A stretch of DNA of 64,000 nucleotides from Pelomyxa schiedti. Taxonomy: Eukaryota; Protista; Evosea. The stretch lies in contig JAHLWZ010000790.1 of assembly GCA_020536535.1 (NCBI GenBank), forward strand, positions 310,001 to 374,000, written 5' to 3'. The position numbers were made by a program, and so were the translations under genes. A model generated the notes under the pieces. The model did not search any database and was not told the origin of the DNA. It saw only the letters and a program-made list of their open reading frames with translations. Shown in pieces: positions 35,401-47,991 of the stretch (position 1 is the stretch's first letter; each line of letters begins with the position of its first letter).

Positions 35401-37797
35401 TGGGCCTGGTGCATCCAAAGGTGACTCCTATGCAATTATGTATATTCTCGACAATTCTACCCAACTTATATATGCTGCTGGTTACGTAAATCATACCACC
35501 CTGCAAATATACATTCCTGATGGGTCTGGTGCAAATCATACAATTTCTGTACCCTCCACCACACAATCCTTTTATTTGACTAAATACAGGTTAAAGTGAA
35601 AGACCAGATGTCAAATATTTTCAATTACAGCTATTACGGTTTGTAACTTTTTACAAAATTTCCAAAGTTAATATCCCCTAGGTCCTGAAGTCTCATCCGC
35701 AAGTGCCGTTGATACTTCCGGTAACCAACAGACTGTAATTTCTGGAAAAAACATGGGGCCAGTAGGCACAGAGCTTCAAGTTACAATTAATGGCCAACTG
35801 TGCGCAAGGCCATCAGTTACAGAAGCCCACACCACGATTGCCTGTACTCCTCCAGTTGGTGCAGGAGCAAATCTTACACTGAACCTTTCTGTGGGTGGTC
35901 AATCTTCCTTCTGGAAATATTTCAGCTATAATAGTGCGTGCCTTACCCCTCCATTCACGACTCACTATGAATAGGCCCAACTGTAAGTTATATAACGTTG
36001 GCTCCCACCAGTGGCCTTTCCCCAATACAAATCACTGGGACAAATTTTGGTCCAAATAATACACACTTGAGTGTCACCATTGATGAGGGTAGTGTTCCTT
36101 TGACCTGTCAAAATCCACGAGTCATTGAACCCCATACCACAATTTCGTGTTGGCCTCCAGTGGGTGTTGGAGCTCTAAAGACACTTCGTGTCAGTGTATG
36201 GGTGGACGGAAGTCAACCTCTTTCTACATTTGGGGTGTTCTCCTATCTTGGTAACTATTTCTATTCTCTTCACTATTCTCAAAGCCACTAGCCCCAGTTA
36301 TTCACTCTGTTACACAGTCCAGCACGGCTGGCCTGGATCTGATTACAATTGTTGGTGACAACTTTGGTCCCCTTGGTACAAATATTACAGTAACTGTCGG
36401 AGAGAACTCATGTGCCAATGCAAGTGTTATTGTCAATCATACACACATAACATGTTTATCCCCTCCTGGAACTGGAAAAGAACTACCAATTTGTGTTTAT
36501 ATCGCTAACCAGATTGGGTGTGGAAGTTTCTCATACTTTGGTATTCTTAAACTATTTACCAAAGTGATAATGTTTCACTTAGGCCCCTCAATAACTGGTG
36601 CCACACCCACTCCTACAAGTGGTACATTCGACACAATAATCAATGGAACCAACTTCGGCACAAGCAATGAAATAAGTGTCTATATAAATGGACTTCCTTG
36701 TATAAATGTGGCTGTTTCCATCCCGCACCTACAAATTTCATGTACCACACCCCCTGGCAGTGGGAAAAACCTCACCTTAGAGTTGTACATCCCAAGTCGA
36801 GCAAGTATTTACTCACAGAAAACCTCATCTGTGTTCTCATACTTCGGTTTCTTCCTCCCTTTTGCTACCCTGTGCTAAATTTCTCACTCAGCTCCAATTG
36901 TTGTATCCGCGACTTCAACTCTCACTGACGGGACCACCCCAACAACGATATTTGGGTCAAATTTTGGTCCTAACGGAGGAAGTTTGGCAGTGAGAATTGG
37001 CGGGAAGGAATGCTCCAATGCACAGATACTTGATGATAGCAACATAAAATGTTATCCACCACCAGGAGTTGGAAAGAACAATCTGGTTGAAGTCGATATT
37101 CCAGCCACATCCAGATATATGCAATCTACCTCTGCTTTGGTTTTCTCGTACTACGGTACTAGTTATTATCCCTTTATGATACTTACTCTTTTCCCCTCCC
37201 TTTTGAAGCTCCTACTTTCTCTTCCTCCACTCCAATTGCCACCGATGGAAGTGCAACGCTGTACATTTTTGGGACTGGCTTTGGACCACAGGATACTATT
37301 GTTTCAGTAACAATAAATAATGAAACTGAGTGCTCAGGGCCTATCGTTTCCTCCGCACATGGGGTAATTACTTGTACACCCGGGGCAGGAGTTGGAAGGA
37401 ACAAGTTAATCACAATCTTTGTACCAGCCAAGGGCATGCCGTCTACACAATCTGTGAGTGGCTATTTTTCGTATACTGGTAAGTTTATCACATCTTTGTG
37501 CAACTACTTATCCACTTGAATGTAGAACCTACTGTAATATCGTCCACACCAGCCAATACAGATGCTACCTCTTATACAATAATTACGGGCACAAACTTCG
37601 GCCCTTCTGGAACTACTGTTGGTGTAACAATATCAGGACAACAATGCACGAATGCAACAGTTGCCGTTCCTCACACACAAATCAAATGTTTACCACCTCC
37701 TGGAGTTGGGGCAAATAACACTCTCAAAGTCATCATCCCCAATCCTGATGGACAAGTGGCTTATTCTCAGTTGTTTTCTTATAACGGTCTGGTTCCG

Positions 37798-37828
<31 letters not shown>

Positions 37829-40800
37829 GCACTCAAGGCCCAGTTATCCACAGTATTCCAACTCCACCAACGTCGGGGAATCTGACAATAATATCGGTAT
37901 ATCTCTAATGAGTGTATAACAAAGCCCAACATTTATTTTCAGGGGGCAAACTTTGGGCCAGGAGGAATGAATTATGGAATTGGATATAGGATTGACAATG
38001 GATCTCTAATCTCAGCCACATGGCTTAGTCAAACACACCTCCTTATCCCATTCCCCGCTTCATCAGGAAGCTTCCACACTCTGCAGGTTGTGGTTCGAGA
38101 CTTGCAGTCTGCTGTGGTTTCTTTTAGCTATGCTGGTATAGTATTAACTAACTTTTTCCTTTATTGACAACTCCAAGCTCCTAGTATAATTTCCGCAACT
38201 CCAGCTACTACTGACGGTCTCACCCAAACTATTATCACTGGCGTCAATTTTGGTCCGCTCGGAACTCCTGTTCTTGTTACAATCGAGTCCCAGGGAGTGC
38301 CTGTTGTCTGTTCAAATGCCTCTGTGTCTGTACCACATGTACAGATAACATGCATTCCACCACAAGGAACCGGACAGTCTCATGCTGTAAATCTCGAAGT
38401 TCCACTTGGTACTGGAGCACAATTTTGTTCTGCAAATGTGTTCTCCTATTCAGGTTTTGATCTTTTTTTATGCAAAAAAACAAAAAAAACAAAAAGAAAC
38501 ACTCTCTAATATCTTTCCTGTTTGTTTACATAACAGCTCCAGTAGTGTTATCAGCATCATCAGTTTCCCATTCTGGTGGAGAGACAACTATAAGAGGTAC
38601 AATTACCCTCTTTGTATCTGTTTTAACGTTCAAAGGTGCAAACTTTGGGCAAAACCCTTCTCTTGTCTCCGTCACAATAAACAAGAAAACCTGCAAATCG
38701 CCCACCATTAAAACAGCTCATACTATATTAACATGCCAAGCCCCAGCTGGAAGTGGGTCTTCTCTTGACGTTGTTGTCCTTGTTGATGGCCTGTACTCTG
38801 AGGAGTACCCTGTCTTTGATTATATACAATCTGGGCTCTCAAAGGGTGGGATTGCTGGAATCTCTGTGGCTAGTATATGTGGAGCTGCTGCTCTCTGTGC
38901 CGCCGCTGCCGCTTTTCTTGTTTTCAAGTTTTTCACTTTCCTCCACGCTCTTAATGTTAATATTGTAAAGGCGCAAGAAGGCGGATGCAGAATCCGAAGT
39001 ATCCATGAATTCGTTGCTGCCGGACAACGGGGCATCTGTTGCGTTTGAAGATACCTTCAATATTCCAGACTCAAGGTTGGCTAATATTGAGCCATTGTTT
39101 AACACTATACAGGAATGTGATTCTGAGTGATTTCATTCTTGCGGTGTGAAATCTCATTTTCAAATTAGGGTAACGTCTTTCAGACTTCTGTGTCAACATT
39201 GACTTTTGGCCTGGAATCGCGTCAAGCGGAAGTTGACCAAGTGCTGGAAGAAACCTTGACACTTCACAATGCGACAAAGAAGACAGTTTCATTCAAGTTC
39301 TTTGCACCACGATCATACAAGTACAAGATTGCTTTTGAGCCAGAAGCTGGGGTGATAGATGCGGTTCGTTTTAATACTTGGTACTGTCTCCTGGATCCTT
39401 CTTACTTCATGTAGTCTTATGAGCAAGAGATTACTATAAAGGCTATCATACTGTGTACAACAAGAGTTACTTCCCACGTTACTTTAGCTGCCAACTCAGG
39501 TTATTCCCAAATTTGATTGGAATTGATACTGAAATGTCTACAGGGCATGATTTTGCGAAGGGAGATGTGCAGCACTCCAAAATTGACTTCCACATTGAAT
39601 CGGCTCTTTCTGGTAAGCTAGACCCTGAGGAGATTTCTTTGTCACGTCCTGCTATTGGTAATGCACTGGTAACTACCCCTTTGTGACTGAAAGCATATAG
39701 GTGAAGGGTCTTATGGTTTTGTATATAAAGGTACAAGATTGCTGAATTGCAAGATCTAACAGTACTTTAGGTGATTGGCGAGGCCAACTTGTTGCAGTGA
39801 AGGTATCAACAACGTTTTCTTGTATCTCCATTGTGACATCAAAATAGATTTTAAAGTGCCAGGAATCAACAACCACTGCTATTCGAGAAGATTTCTTAAA
39901 AGAGGTTTGCTTGTTTGCCAAGTGGGTGCCAATTTAATGTTGTGAAGGTGAAAATTATGGAGTCATTCCGCTGTCCACAGGTATTTTGGGGTAAGCCATC
40001 TTTAGTATAACCAACCAAACAAAACAGATTGTCAATTTTGTTGGCGCTGTGTATGTCCCGTCAAAGCTTGCTATTGTTACAGTTTGTTACACTAATTGCA
40101 ATGCTCAAGTAATTACTGACAAACAAGGAATTTATGCCATTTGGCAGTCTCGCTACTCTACTACGCACACAAAGGCTTACAGCTGTTCAAAAAATCAAAA
40201 TGATGCAAGACGCAGCACGTGGGATGAATTTTTTGCATAAGGTGTGCAATTGCAATTGGGTTTTGTAACCTTCCTCACCCTCCCTCAGAGTGGCATACTT
40301 CACAGGTATCAGTTAGCCTCTGGTTTCACTAATACGACAAAGAGATTTAAAACTTGACAATGTTCTGGTTTCCTCTTTGGACCCTGCCTGCGCAGTGTGT
40401 GCTAAAATATCTGACTTTGGCACTACCCGAACAGTGCAAGCAGAGAAAGATGCACTCCAAATGACTCAGGGGATAGGGTACCACTCAAGTGATTCATTTT
40501 GAATGACTTATTTGAACAGAACTCCCGCGTATATGAGCCCAGAAATTTTGAGAAACAGTGACTACAGCTCTTCATCAGATGTGTATAGGTGAGTTCACTT
40601 TGTATACACACTTTCTCACTGAGAACAAAGCTTTGGCGTTCTTCTTTATGCTGTCTTCACGGAGCAAGGTTTCCTCCTCTTACTTTATTTTCTTTTTTTA
40701 CTGGGAAATAGATCCCTATAGTGGTGCAGAATTCGCCACAGCATGGAGTATGTTTGAATTCATGTAGGACAATTCAATCTGACATTTTTGCAGAATTGGC

Positions 40801-40993
40801 TGAATTTGTCATATCAGGGAAAAGGATGGTGATTCCTAGTACAGTTCCAAAAGTGGTGTCTGATTTGATGACAACATGCTGGGACCAAGAGCCCTTGGCA
40901 CGGCCAAGTAATATATATATATTTTATGCTTGACACTCACAGCTCACAGGTTTTGCCGATGTTGTAACAATTTTGGAGCAAATGAAATTATAA
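29482..40993 (+). CDS. Receptor-type TKL (tyrosine-kinase-like) kinase: signal peptide, 29 IPT/TIG repeats, TM, juxtamembrane Ig/MSP-like domain, kinase
   Basis: Signal peptide MRQSLLILVVAIWSLGCEG; 29 repeats of xP.I....P.T.G....I.G.NFG....V.I....C.......I.C..PPG.G....V......FSY; TM GIAGISVASICGAAALCAAAAAFLVF-KRKK; kinase GEGSYGFVYKGDWRGQLVAVK, LHRDLKLDN, KISDFG, GTPAYMSPE, SDVYSFG, CWDQEPLARP. Confidence 0.93.
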
Positions 40994-41084
40994 CGATCTG
41001 TTTACATATTTTTTGTTGTTGGCTTTTGAAAGGGGCGGGATGATTCCTTCCTAACCATTGAAGTTACTTCAAACCGTACCGCGT

Positions 41085-42625
41085 TCAAGAATCGTTTTTC
41101 TGAACATCCTCAACTTGAATCTATGGGGGAGTAAGAAGTGTAGGCCAGATTTGGGTCGCACAGTTTGATTTGTTGTCAGGCCACAATGTTGAAGTGTGCC
41201 TACACGTAGCTCACGAAGTTTTAGCCCAAAAGCCACAGTCCAAAGAGTAACTGAGTCTACTGGTACATTGATCTTTTCACACAGAAGTTTCTTACCAGAG
41301 AGTTAGCGAGTCACAGAGTGCTAAAGAGGAAACCTTCAAATCCGCTACAGAGGCATTTCCACTCATTTTCAGGGTGTGGGCGGTCGTCCCATAGACCAAA
41401 TTTAGTCTAAGAGGCCTCAATTCGAGCTTTCCGCCACAGCGATGCCGTAAAATTCGTGGTCCTCCCCCGTACCTGTCCAAAGTTCAATAGGAGGCATGCA
41501 CGACTGTCAGTAAAATATTTCTGCAAACCAGTTCCAAAGGAGTTGCCACGCCTTCAATGTGATATCTTCATATTTGTCAGAAATCCTTTCCTGCAATTGC
41601 ACATCATTATCGCCAAAGTCACCAGCACCACCTGGGACAACGAGAGTTGAGTTGTCAATTTGGCCTGGAGGATGTGGATTTGTCTGGAACTCCCGCAACC
41701 ATTTTTTGTTTATGAGGCAGAACACTCCATCTGAATTTCTGATGTCTGCCAGTGACACACTCTCCCTTTGTTTAACAATGGGTGGTAGTCTGTCTAACCA
41801 ACAAATGAACTGTAAGCAATAGCCAGGTAGAATAGTCAATTGACTATGTACACCAACTCTGGAGTGATGCCCACACATCAAAGCAACATGCCTGTTATTC
41901 TCCCTTTCAAATCAACTATGCTTTTAGTGCAAGGCCCCAAGGAAAGAGTAGATTTGTATTAAAAACGGGCCACCCACCATTCATCGAAATTCCTTTGCTC
42001 GGTTGTGTCAATGTCACGAGACGAAGGGACACTCTCGAATGATGGGTCTTCCCACGTGCGGTACTGCCAATTCCGCCACAACATGCTGTCCTTATATCGG
42101 AGAAACCGTTTGTGCAAATTGTGGGAAGGCGGCGATGAGAGGCCGACGTGGCTGATGAAAAAACACTTCCCGTTTTAAGGTGAAACTTTAAGGCGTGGTC
42201 GGTTACAAAGGGAAAAAAAAAGGCAGGACACATGGACGTTACACACATCTTTGCAGAGCAGCAGGCCATAAACGACAACAATGTACTTGGGTTGATGTAC
42301 ATCCCCTTCTTCTTAGATGTTTCTTGTAGAAGTGCTTCCACTGCAACGCGGCCAACCCCAGATGGGCATCACACACAAACGGAATTTACGTGTGTCTAAA
42401 CTGTGCGGGGCTCCATCGGGCACTGGGGGTGCATATCTCCCACATCAAGTAAGAGACATCCGTCAGCAAATTTGTTGTTGACTGTTCCCCCCAACTTCGT
42501 GCCACTAGGTCACTGACACTGGATACATGGAAACCTGCTGAAGTTCAGACAATGCAACATGCCGGGAATGCTGTATTCCGGCGATACCTGATGGATCACG
42601 GCGTCATGGACATGTCACCGAACAT
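41085..42625 (-). CDS. DUSP-domain plus C-terminal ubiquitin-like domain protein; N-terminal exons unresolved
   Basis: FCLINKKWLREF..PPGQIDNSTL..DKYEDITLKAWQLLWNW.YGGGPRILR is a DUSP signature. LNLVYG..HTLKMSGNASVADLKKLLCEKINVPVDSVTLW..TLQHCGLTTNQTIQVE is UBL-like. The start is approximate. Confidence 0.6.
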
Positions 42626-42713
42626 GTTGTCTTCTGATGTGGCTCGTGGTTGGAGGGAGTACCTTGCCTCCAAAAAGGACTAAGTTTATGATTTAAGATA
42701 GCTTGTCTTTGTT

Positions 42714-44311
42714 CTATGAGTGTTTTGTCAAAAATGTTGTGAACATATCCAAGCACGCAACGGGTTGTGCGGCTGGAGCCTGGTGACTTGCACCAAGCAC
42801 TATTGTGTGGGTGAGAGTGCGGGCTGTCTTGGTAAAGCCAACAGTTGCGCCATCTATCAACCATGGCTCTTGAACTGCGTTCTTGTAGTCTGCATTTCCT
42901 GTTGGTATTGTCAGGCACTAGGTATGCTGAGAAAGGAGCTACCTGCCCAGTCCAGATTGGTAAGAATATTTTCAGAACCAAGCAAGTTACAAACTAAATC
43001 GAATTGACCTAATCGATTGTGAAAAACGAAGCTTTTAGACTTGTCACTGCATACCACTGTACACTATTATTGGGTAATAATCCAGTAGGTACGTTAAGGT
43101 ATCTACTGCTGGTCTTACAACATCCGACTGGAGGTGCATCTGTACAGCCCCATTTCCAAAAGACCAATCCGTAGTGGCATTGAGTGAACTGGGTTGCTTA
43201 TCATGGATTGCTAGAGAGTGGCAAGGAAGTACCTTTTAATATCGGGAGTATTAAGGTACACAGTCAAGGCGTCAATATTGGGATCAAGTGGATCTCCATT
43301 GAAATATCTCACATCGTATTCATCAACATTTCCGGCTTTTGTGATTACACAATTTGTGACCTACCAGAACTATAAGGGTTCAAGAAAGTTCGTGGAAGCA
43401 CCCACCTCATCAGCTGCAAGAGCTGCGACAACGTATTTTTTGTCCTCATCGGAATCAATGGCAGCCTGATAAGCGGTCTCAAATTTATCTTCAACTGCTT
43501 GGCATCTAATTCAAAGTTAACAGCTAGTTCAATAACCTTTCATAGATACTCTGAAACTTCACGAGATCCAAGTAAGCCTAAAGCAACAGCCCATGGAATG
43601 AGGTTGCGAGTTTGCATGTATGGATATACCCATCCATCACCAAGTCCCAGTCCGTGGAGATTTACAGTAGCACCCTTCAGATTTTCTTGAAGAATTTTAT
43701 TTGCAATCGCAGGGATATCTTGTAATGTGAACAGAAACTTTGGAGAAGGTGTTTTGTACATTTTCCAGCATAACTTTCCCCAAAGATAAACAGAGGATTG
43801 CTCTTGTAATCCGGGAAAAGAGAAAACCATTGTTGCAAACCGTAATAAAACTCAGAAGCAATCTGGGACTCGGAACGGACGTAACTCGAAGAACTTCCTT
43901 TACAAATAAAAAGTGAGTGCAGAGAATGCCATAACAGAATGAAGTAGCACATTAGATACCTACGTAGCCATAACCTGTGCCAGCCGGCTGGTCGAAGTAA
44001 ATCATATTTGAAGCTGTGTGCCACGATAACGGGTTGACTGTGACGGTGCCATCGGCGGCGCACAGATAAGGCCCGTTTTCCAGGTAAGCGCCAGTCAAGG
44101 AACTAACACCTGGGCCACCAGACAACCATATAGTAAGAGGGGCGGTCTTGGGGGTATACGTAGTGCCACCGTACTCCACAAAGTAGTAGTACAGGTGGTT
44201 GTTGTTGGTCTCATTGCTTGGAACATAACCACAGTGAAGAACAGGAGCTGGGGCGGCATCGAGTGTTACGCAAAAGGTGACCACCAACAAGCCGAGGAGC
44301 ACTGGCACCAT
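42714..44311 (-). CDS. Secreted serine carboxypeptidase, family S10
   Basis: Signal peptide MVPVLLGLLVVTFCVTLDA; IWLSGGPGVSS, ENGP, FDQPAGTGYGY; catalytic triad motifs GESYAG, GQFDLVCN and GASHQAP. Confidence 0.95.
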
Positions 44312-44607
44312 TTTTCCGCCTCTTATTTTTAGGGTTTGTCTCTTTGTCGCTGTAAGGCATTTGGGTGCCCCACACGAAAGACCTGCACGAAATAAAGAAA
44401 AATCGAGTGCCGTTTCTGGCGAAGATTCAGGAAATGACAATATTTAATCAATTGGGGGATTTATGCAATGCTGCAGGGAACTAATGCCACCCACTGACAC
44501 CTTTCTACTCGACCATCTGCCAGAGGAGTGGCGCAGATTTGTTGTGTTTGGAAATTTCGCGTTTGGCTGCCTGAAATCATTCTTGTGTATTTTTTCGGAC
44601 CAAGTAC

Positions 44608-47600
44608 ATGAAGCGGACATTCCGACGCAAGCAACAGCACTCCGCTGACGATGACAACGTGACGCCGGTACCTCCCGAATCTGCGCCTGGCACACAGACT
44701 CCCGTGCTTCCAGATCTGGCGCAGCAACAGCAAGCCCAAGTGCCTTCCAATGTAACCCCTACTCCGTCGGTGCCGACTACAGAGGTGTCAGTTTCCAGTG
44801 TTACGAGCACGACGCATGCAACCCACACACATTCCAAGAGAAAGGGTATCTCTCGTGCAGCAATTGCAGTATCGTCTTCATCGCCCCCTAGTGGCGCGGC
44901 CACAACGGGTACCACTGCATCCACCACTATTACAACAACAAAGACTCTTCTGAGCTTTGGTGAGGACGAAGAACCCACACCACAGGTACCTTTAGGCAAC
45001 TATCGTACCGGTTTTCTTATTCTTCCTTCAGTTCCATACAAAACCCATCCAACTTGTAAAGAAAAACCCAAGAAAATTGTCACGGTATTATGTCCTTTCC
45101 CCTTATGTCCTTGTGACACTACGCAGGGACACTTCAGCAGCCACTCCTAGCACGGCTACACGAGCATTTGGGAGTGACACAGGTTTGTACCCCATATATC
45201 GAGGGTGTAGAATGAGCTCAAAAAATACTTTTTAGGTCAGTACACACCTGACAAACTTGCTGATTTGCGACGGAATAGCACCACCATAAAAGCACCTACA
45301 CCAGAAGCTGCACACACACTGCAATCTACAATTACGGTACAGACTTCTACATCACCTGGAATCGCATCCACTCCTGGAAGTATACCAGTCACTCTTCACC
45401 AACTTCCTGCCTCCACACCAGTTGTTTCCTCGGTCATTCCTTTATCCGAAACGGCCGCCGAACTGACTGGGGAAGATGCTATCTCCTTCATGGACAATGG
45501 TATGCGAATTCTCATCTCATTTTTTTTTTAATGAGTGAAGATGGAAATGGAGATGTGCAGCTCACTGAAGAGCAACAACAAGCAGTAAAGGCCAAAAAAA
45601 TGCACATGATGAACGCCATTCCCAGCAAGTCCCCATCAGCGCAGCCTGACTTCATTCCCCTCGACTCTCGACTTGCCCCCAAAATAGGTCTGGTCTCTGC
45701 TGATTAAATTACCATAAGGTTCGACTGTATTTATCGTACCCTTAGGTACACACATGGCCCCTCAGCAGCAGCACTCAAATCGCATCAAGTTCGCAGATCC
45801 GGGGAGGGACACGACAAAAGTTGTTTTGGTTGTGATTTCATACAGTTATTTGGTTTTACATGGTTTTACTCTATTTTAACTTTTTTCTCTAGGAGCCATC
45901 CTCACTCACTGGGGGGGTTGTGGGGGATGACGATGACGATGAAGTGCAGCTCTGGGTCAATGAACAGATCAAGAAAGGGTGTGTTAACAAAGGGGAACTC
46001 GCCAAGTTGAAGGTACGCTCCATTCTTGTGTAATAAATTTCCAAGTTAAAATAATCCCAACAGGAAACTGTGAAGGAGAAGCCGCTAAAACAAGTTCAAC
46101 CTATCCCGTTTGGTGGCAAGTAACCCCAACAAGTCTTCATGTCTCACCTCTTGTAGCACTTCTCCTGAAACCAATTCCAAAAATCAGTGCTGAAGAGTTT
46201 ACTGTAAAATTGGAAGCAGAGCTGAAGTTATCTTCCGAAACTTATTCATCCCAGCAGAGCCAGATGAAACAAGTAGACTGTTTATGACATTTCTTCCGTC
46301 TCACACGCACAGATAAATACTGAAATCGATGAGTGCAACAAAAATCTTAAGGATATTGCAGAATCTCTCCAAAAAGCAACAACTCAAAGCCACATGTTTA
46401 TTGGAATAAAGGAGTACTTGAAAAATCTATTGGATTTGTTTGCTGAGAAGGTATGCCAGAGTTGAAACTACATCATTTTTATGCGAATTTGCGAGCAGGC
46501 CCCACAAATAGAGAGTCTGGAAGAGCGAGTGATGCAAATTGAAGCCCAGCGATCACTTACACGACTTCAAGCTTCTGAGCTTCAGCTGTCATTAGAACTA
46601 AAAGTCGCCCTGGGGGGAGTTGACATAGGTACTCAACACTTATTATTACGTAATTTTACTCCCATTCCACAGAAACTGTGGAGCCAGTAACAAGAACCCG
46701 ATTCCAAAAGAGAAGCTCAAGGTCCGAGTCTCTTGGGGGAGCTGATTTTTCCGACTCTGAAGATGAATCTGCCTTGAAGAACTATAATAGCACATTTGGT
46801 ATGGAGCATGAGCCAAAGCTTTTCCTTACCCTCATTCAGATGCCATCAACCAGGAGGCAGATCGACTCTTTGAGGATGTGGAAGACGACTACAGAGCCAT
46901 TTCTCAGATTAAAGCAGTCTTTGAGGAATGGAAGAAAAATGACCCTTACAGCTATCGTCAGGTTTTTCCAACCCCCAATTATTAAATTACTTACAATACC
47001 AGGCCTATGTATCTCTAAGTGTTCCGTCACTTTTCTCGCCTCTTGTCCGATTTGAAATGTTACAGTGGGACCCCCTATTCAATATTTCCTTTGATAACTA
47101 TGAGTGGTACAAAGTACTACTAGATTATGGCGTTGGTGATGTGCGTCTCTTTAAACTTTGAATGCATAAGCCAATCATCACAGAAAGAAATAAACCCAGA
47201 CGATATGGATTTGTCTTTAGTTCCAACACTTGTGGAAAAAGTTGTGATCCCAAGGGTGAGGCACACAATATCTCGCTGCTGGGATCCCTATTCGCGAACG
47301 CAAAACAAACAAGCTCAGAAGTTAATTGCAGAGTTGTTACCATATGTCGACGCTTCTGCACCCAACTTCAAGGTAGAATCCCTCACTTGACACCCTAACC
47401 GCTCCCCAGGAAATTTTTACTGATGTTCTGGTTTCTATGCACGGGGCAGCAGATAGAGCACCCAAACTTCCAAAATCCCCAGCGGAACCAAACACCCCAG
47501 CCTACAAGAGTTGCATGCGACTTGTATGGCGGATAACACGGGTATGCTCACTTCTTTCTGCTCTTACACTCACACAGTACGTAATAGCTTATCTGCAATG

Positions 47601-47941
47601 TTGTGTCATGGCACGAGTTATTGGACACTAGCAGCGTGCAAAGGCTGGCATTTGACAACATTCTCAACATGAAACTCCTCCCACACTTAAAGACCCTCAG
47701 CGCACCCAAAGATGCCTTGCTCGTCTGTGAGCACATCGTAAACTCCGTCCCGCCAAGCTGGCTACCTGACCACAAGGTGTTAAGTAATTCGTCACCCACA
47801 ACGGCCTCGGCACCAGCACCCTCGTTTCTCCTGCTTCTGGCTGATTTTGTGCGCATACACCTGTCTATGGCACTGGCGCCTTCCACGCGTGGCGCGCCCA
47901 ACACCAACTTGACAAACTTGCTGCAGAAACTTTATGGGTGA
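44608..47941 (+). CDS. PAXBP1/GCFC2-family (GCFC domain, NTR2-like) spliceosome disassembly factor
   Basis: LLSFGEDEE, DDDDEVQLWVNEQIKKG, IKAVFEEWKKNDPYSYRQAYVSLSVPSLFSPLVRFEMLQWDPL, VPTLVEKVVIPRVRHTISRCWDPYS. Confidence 0.88.
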
Positions 47942-47991
47942 GGAAAAAAAAAACCTCTTGCTTTTTTTTTAGTTGTTCTTGTTGAGAGGAC

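Noticed and set aside
29560-38830. Regularly spaced repeat units as a CRISPR-like array or mobile-element cluster
   Set aside because: The periodicity is at protein level (IPT domains separated by introns). There is no identical DNA repeat, and no cas, transposase or terminal inverted repeats.
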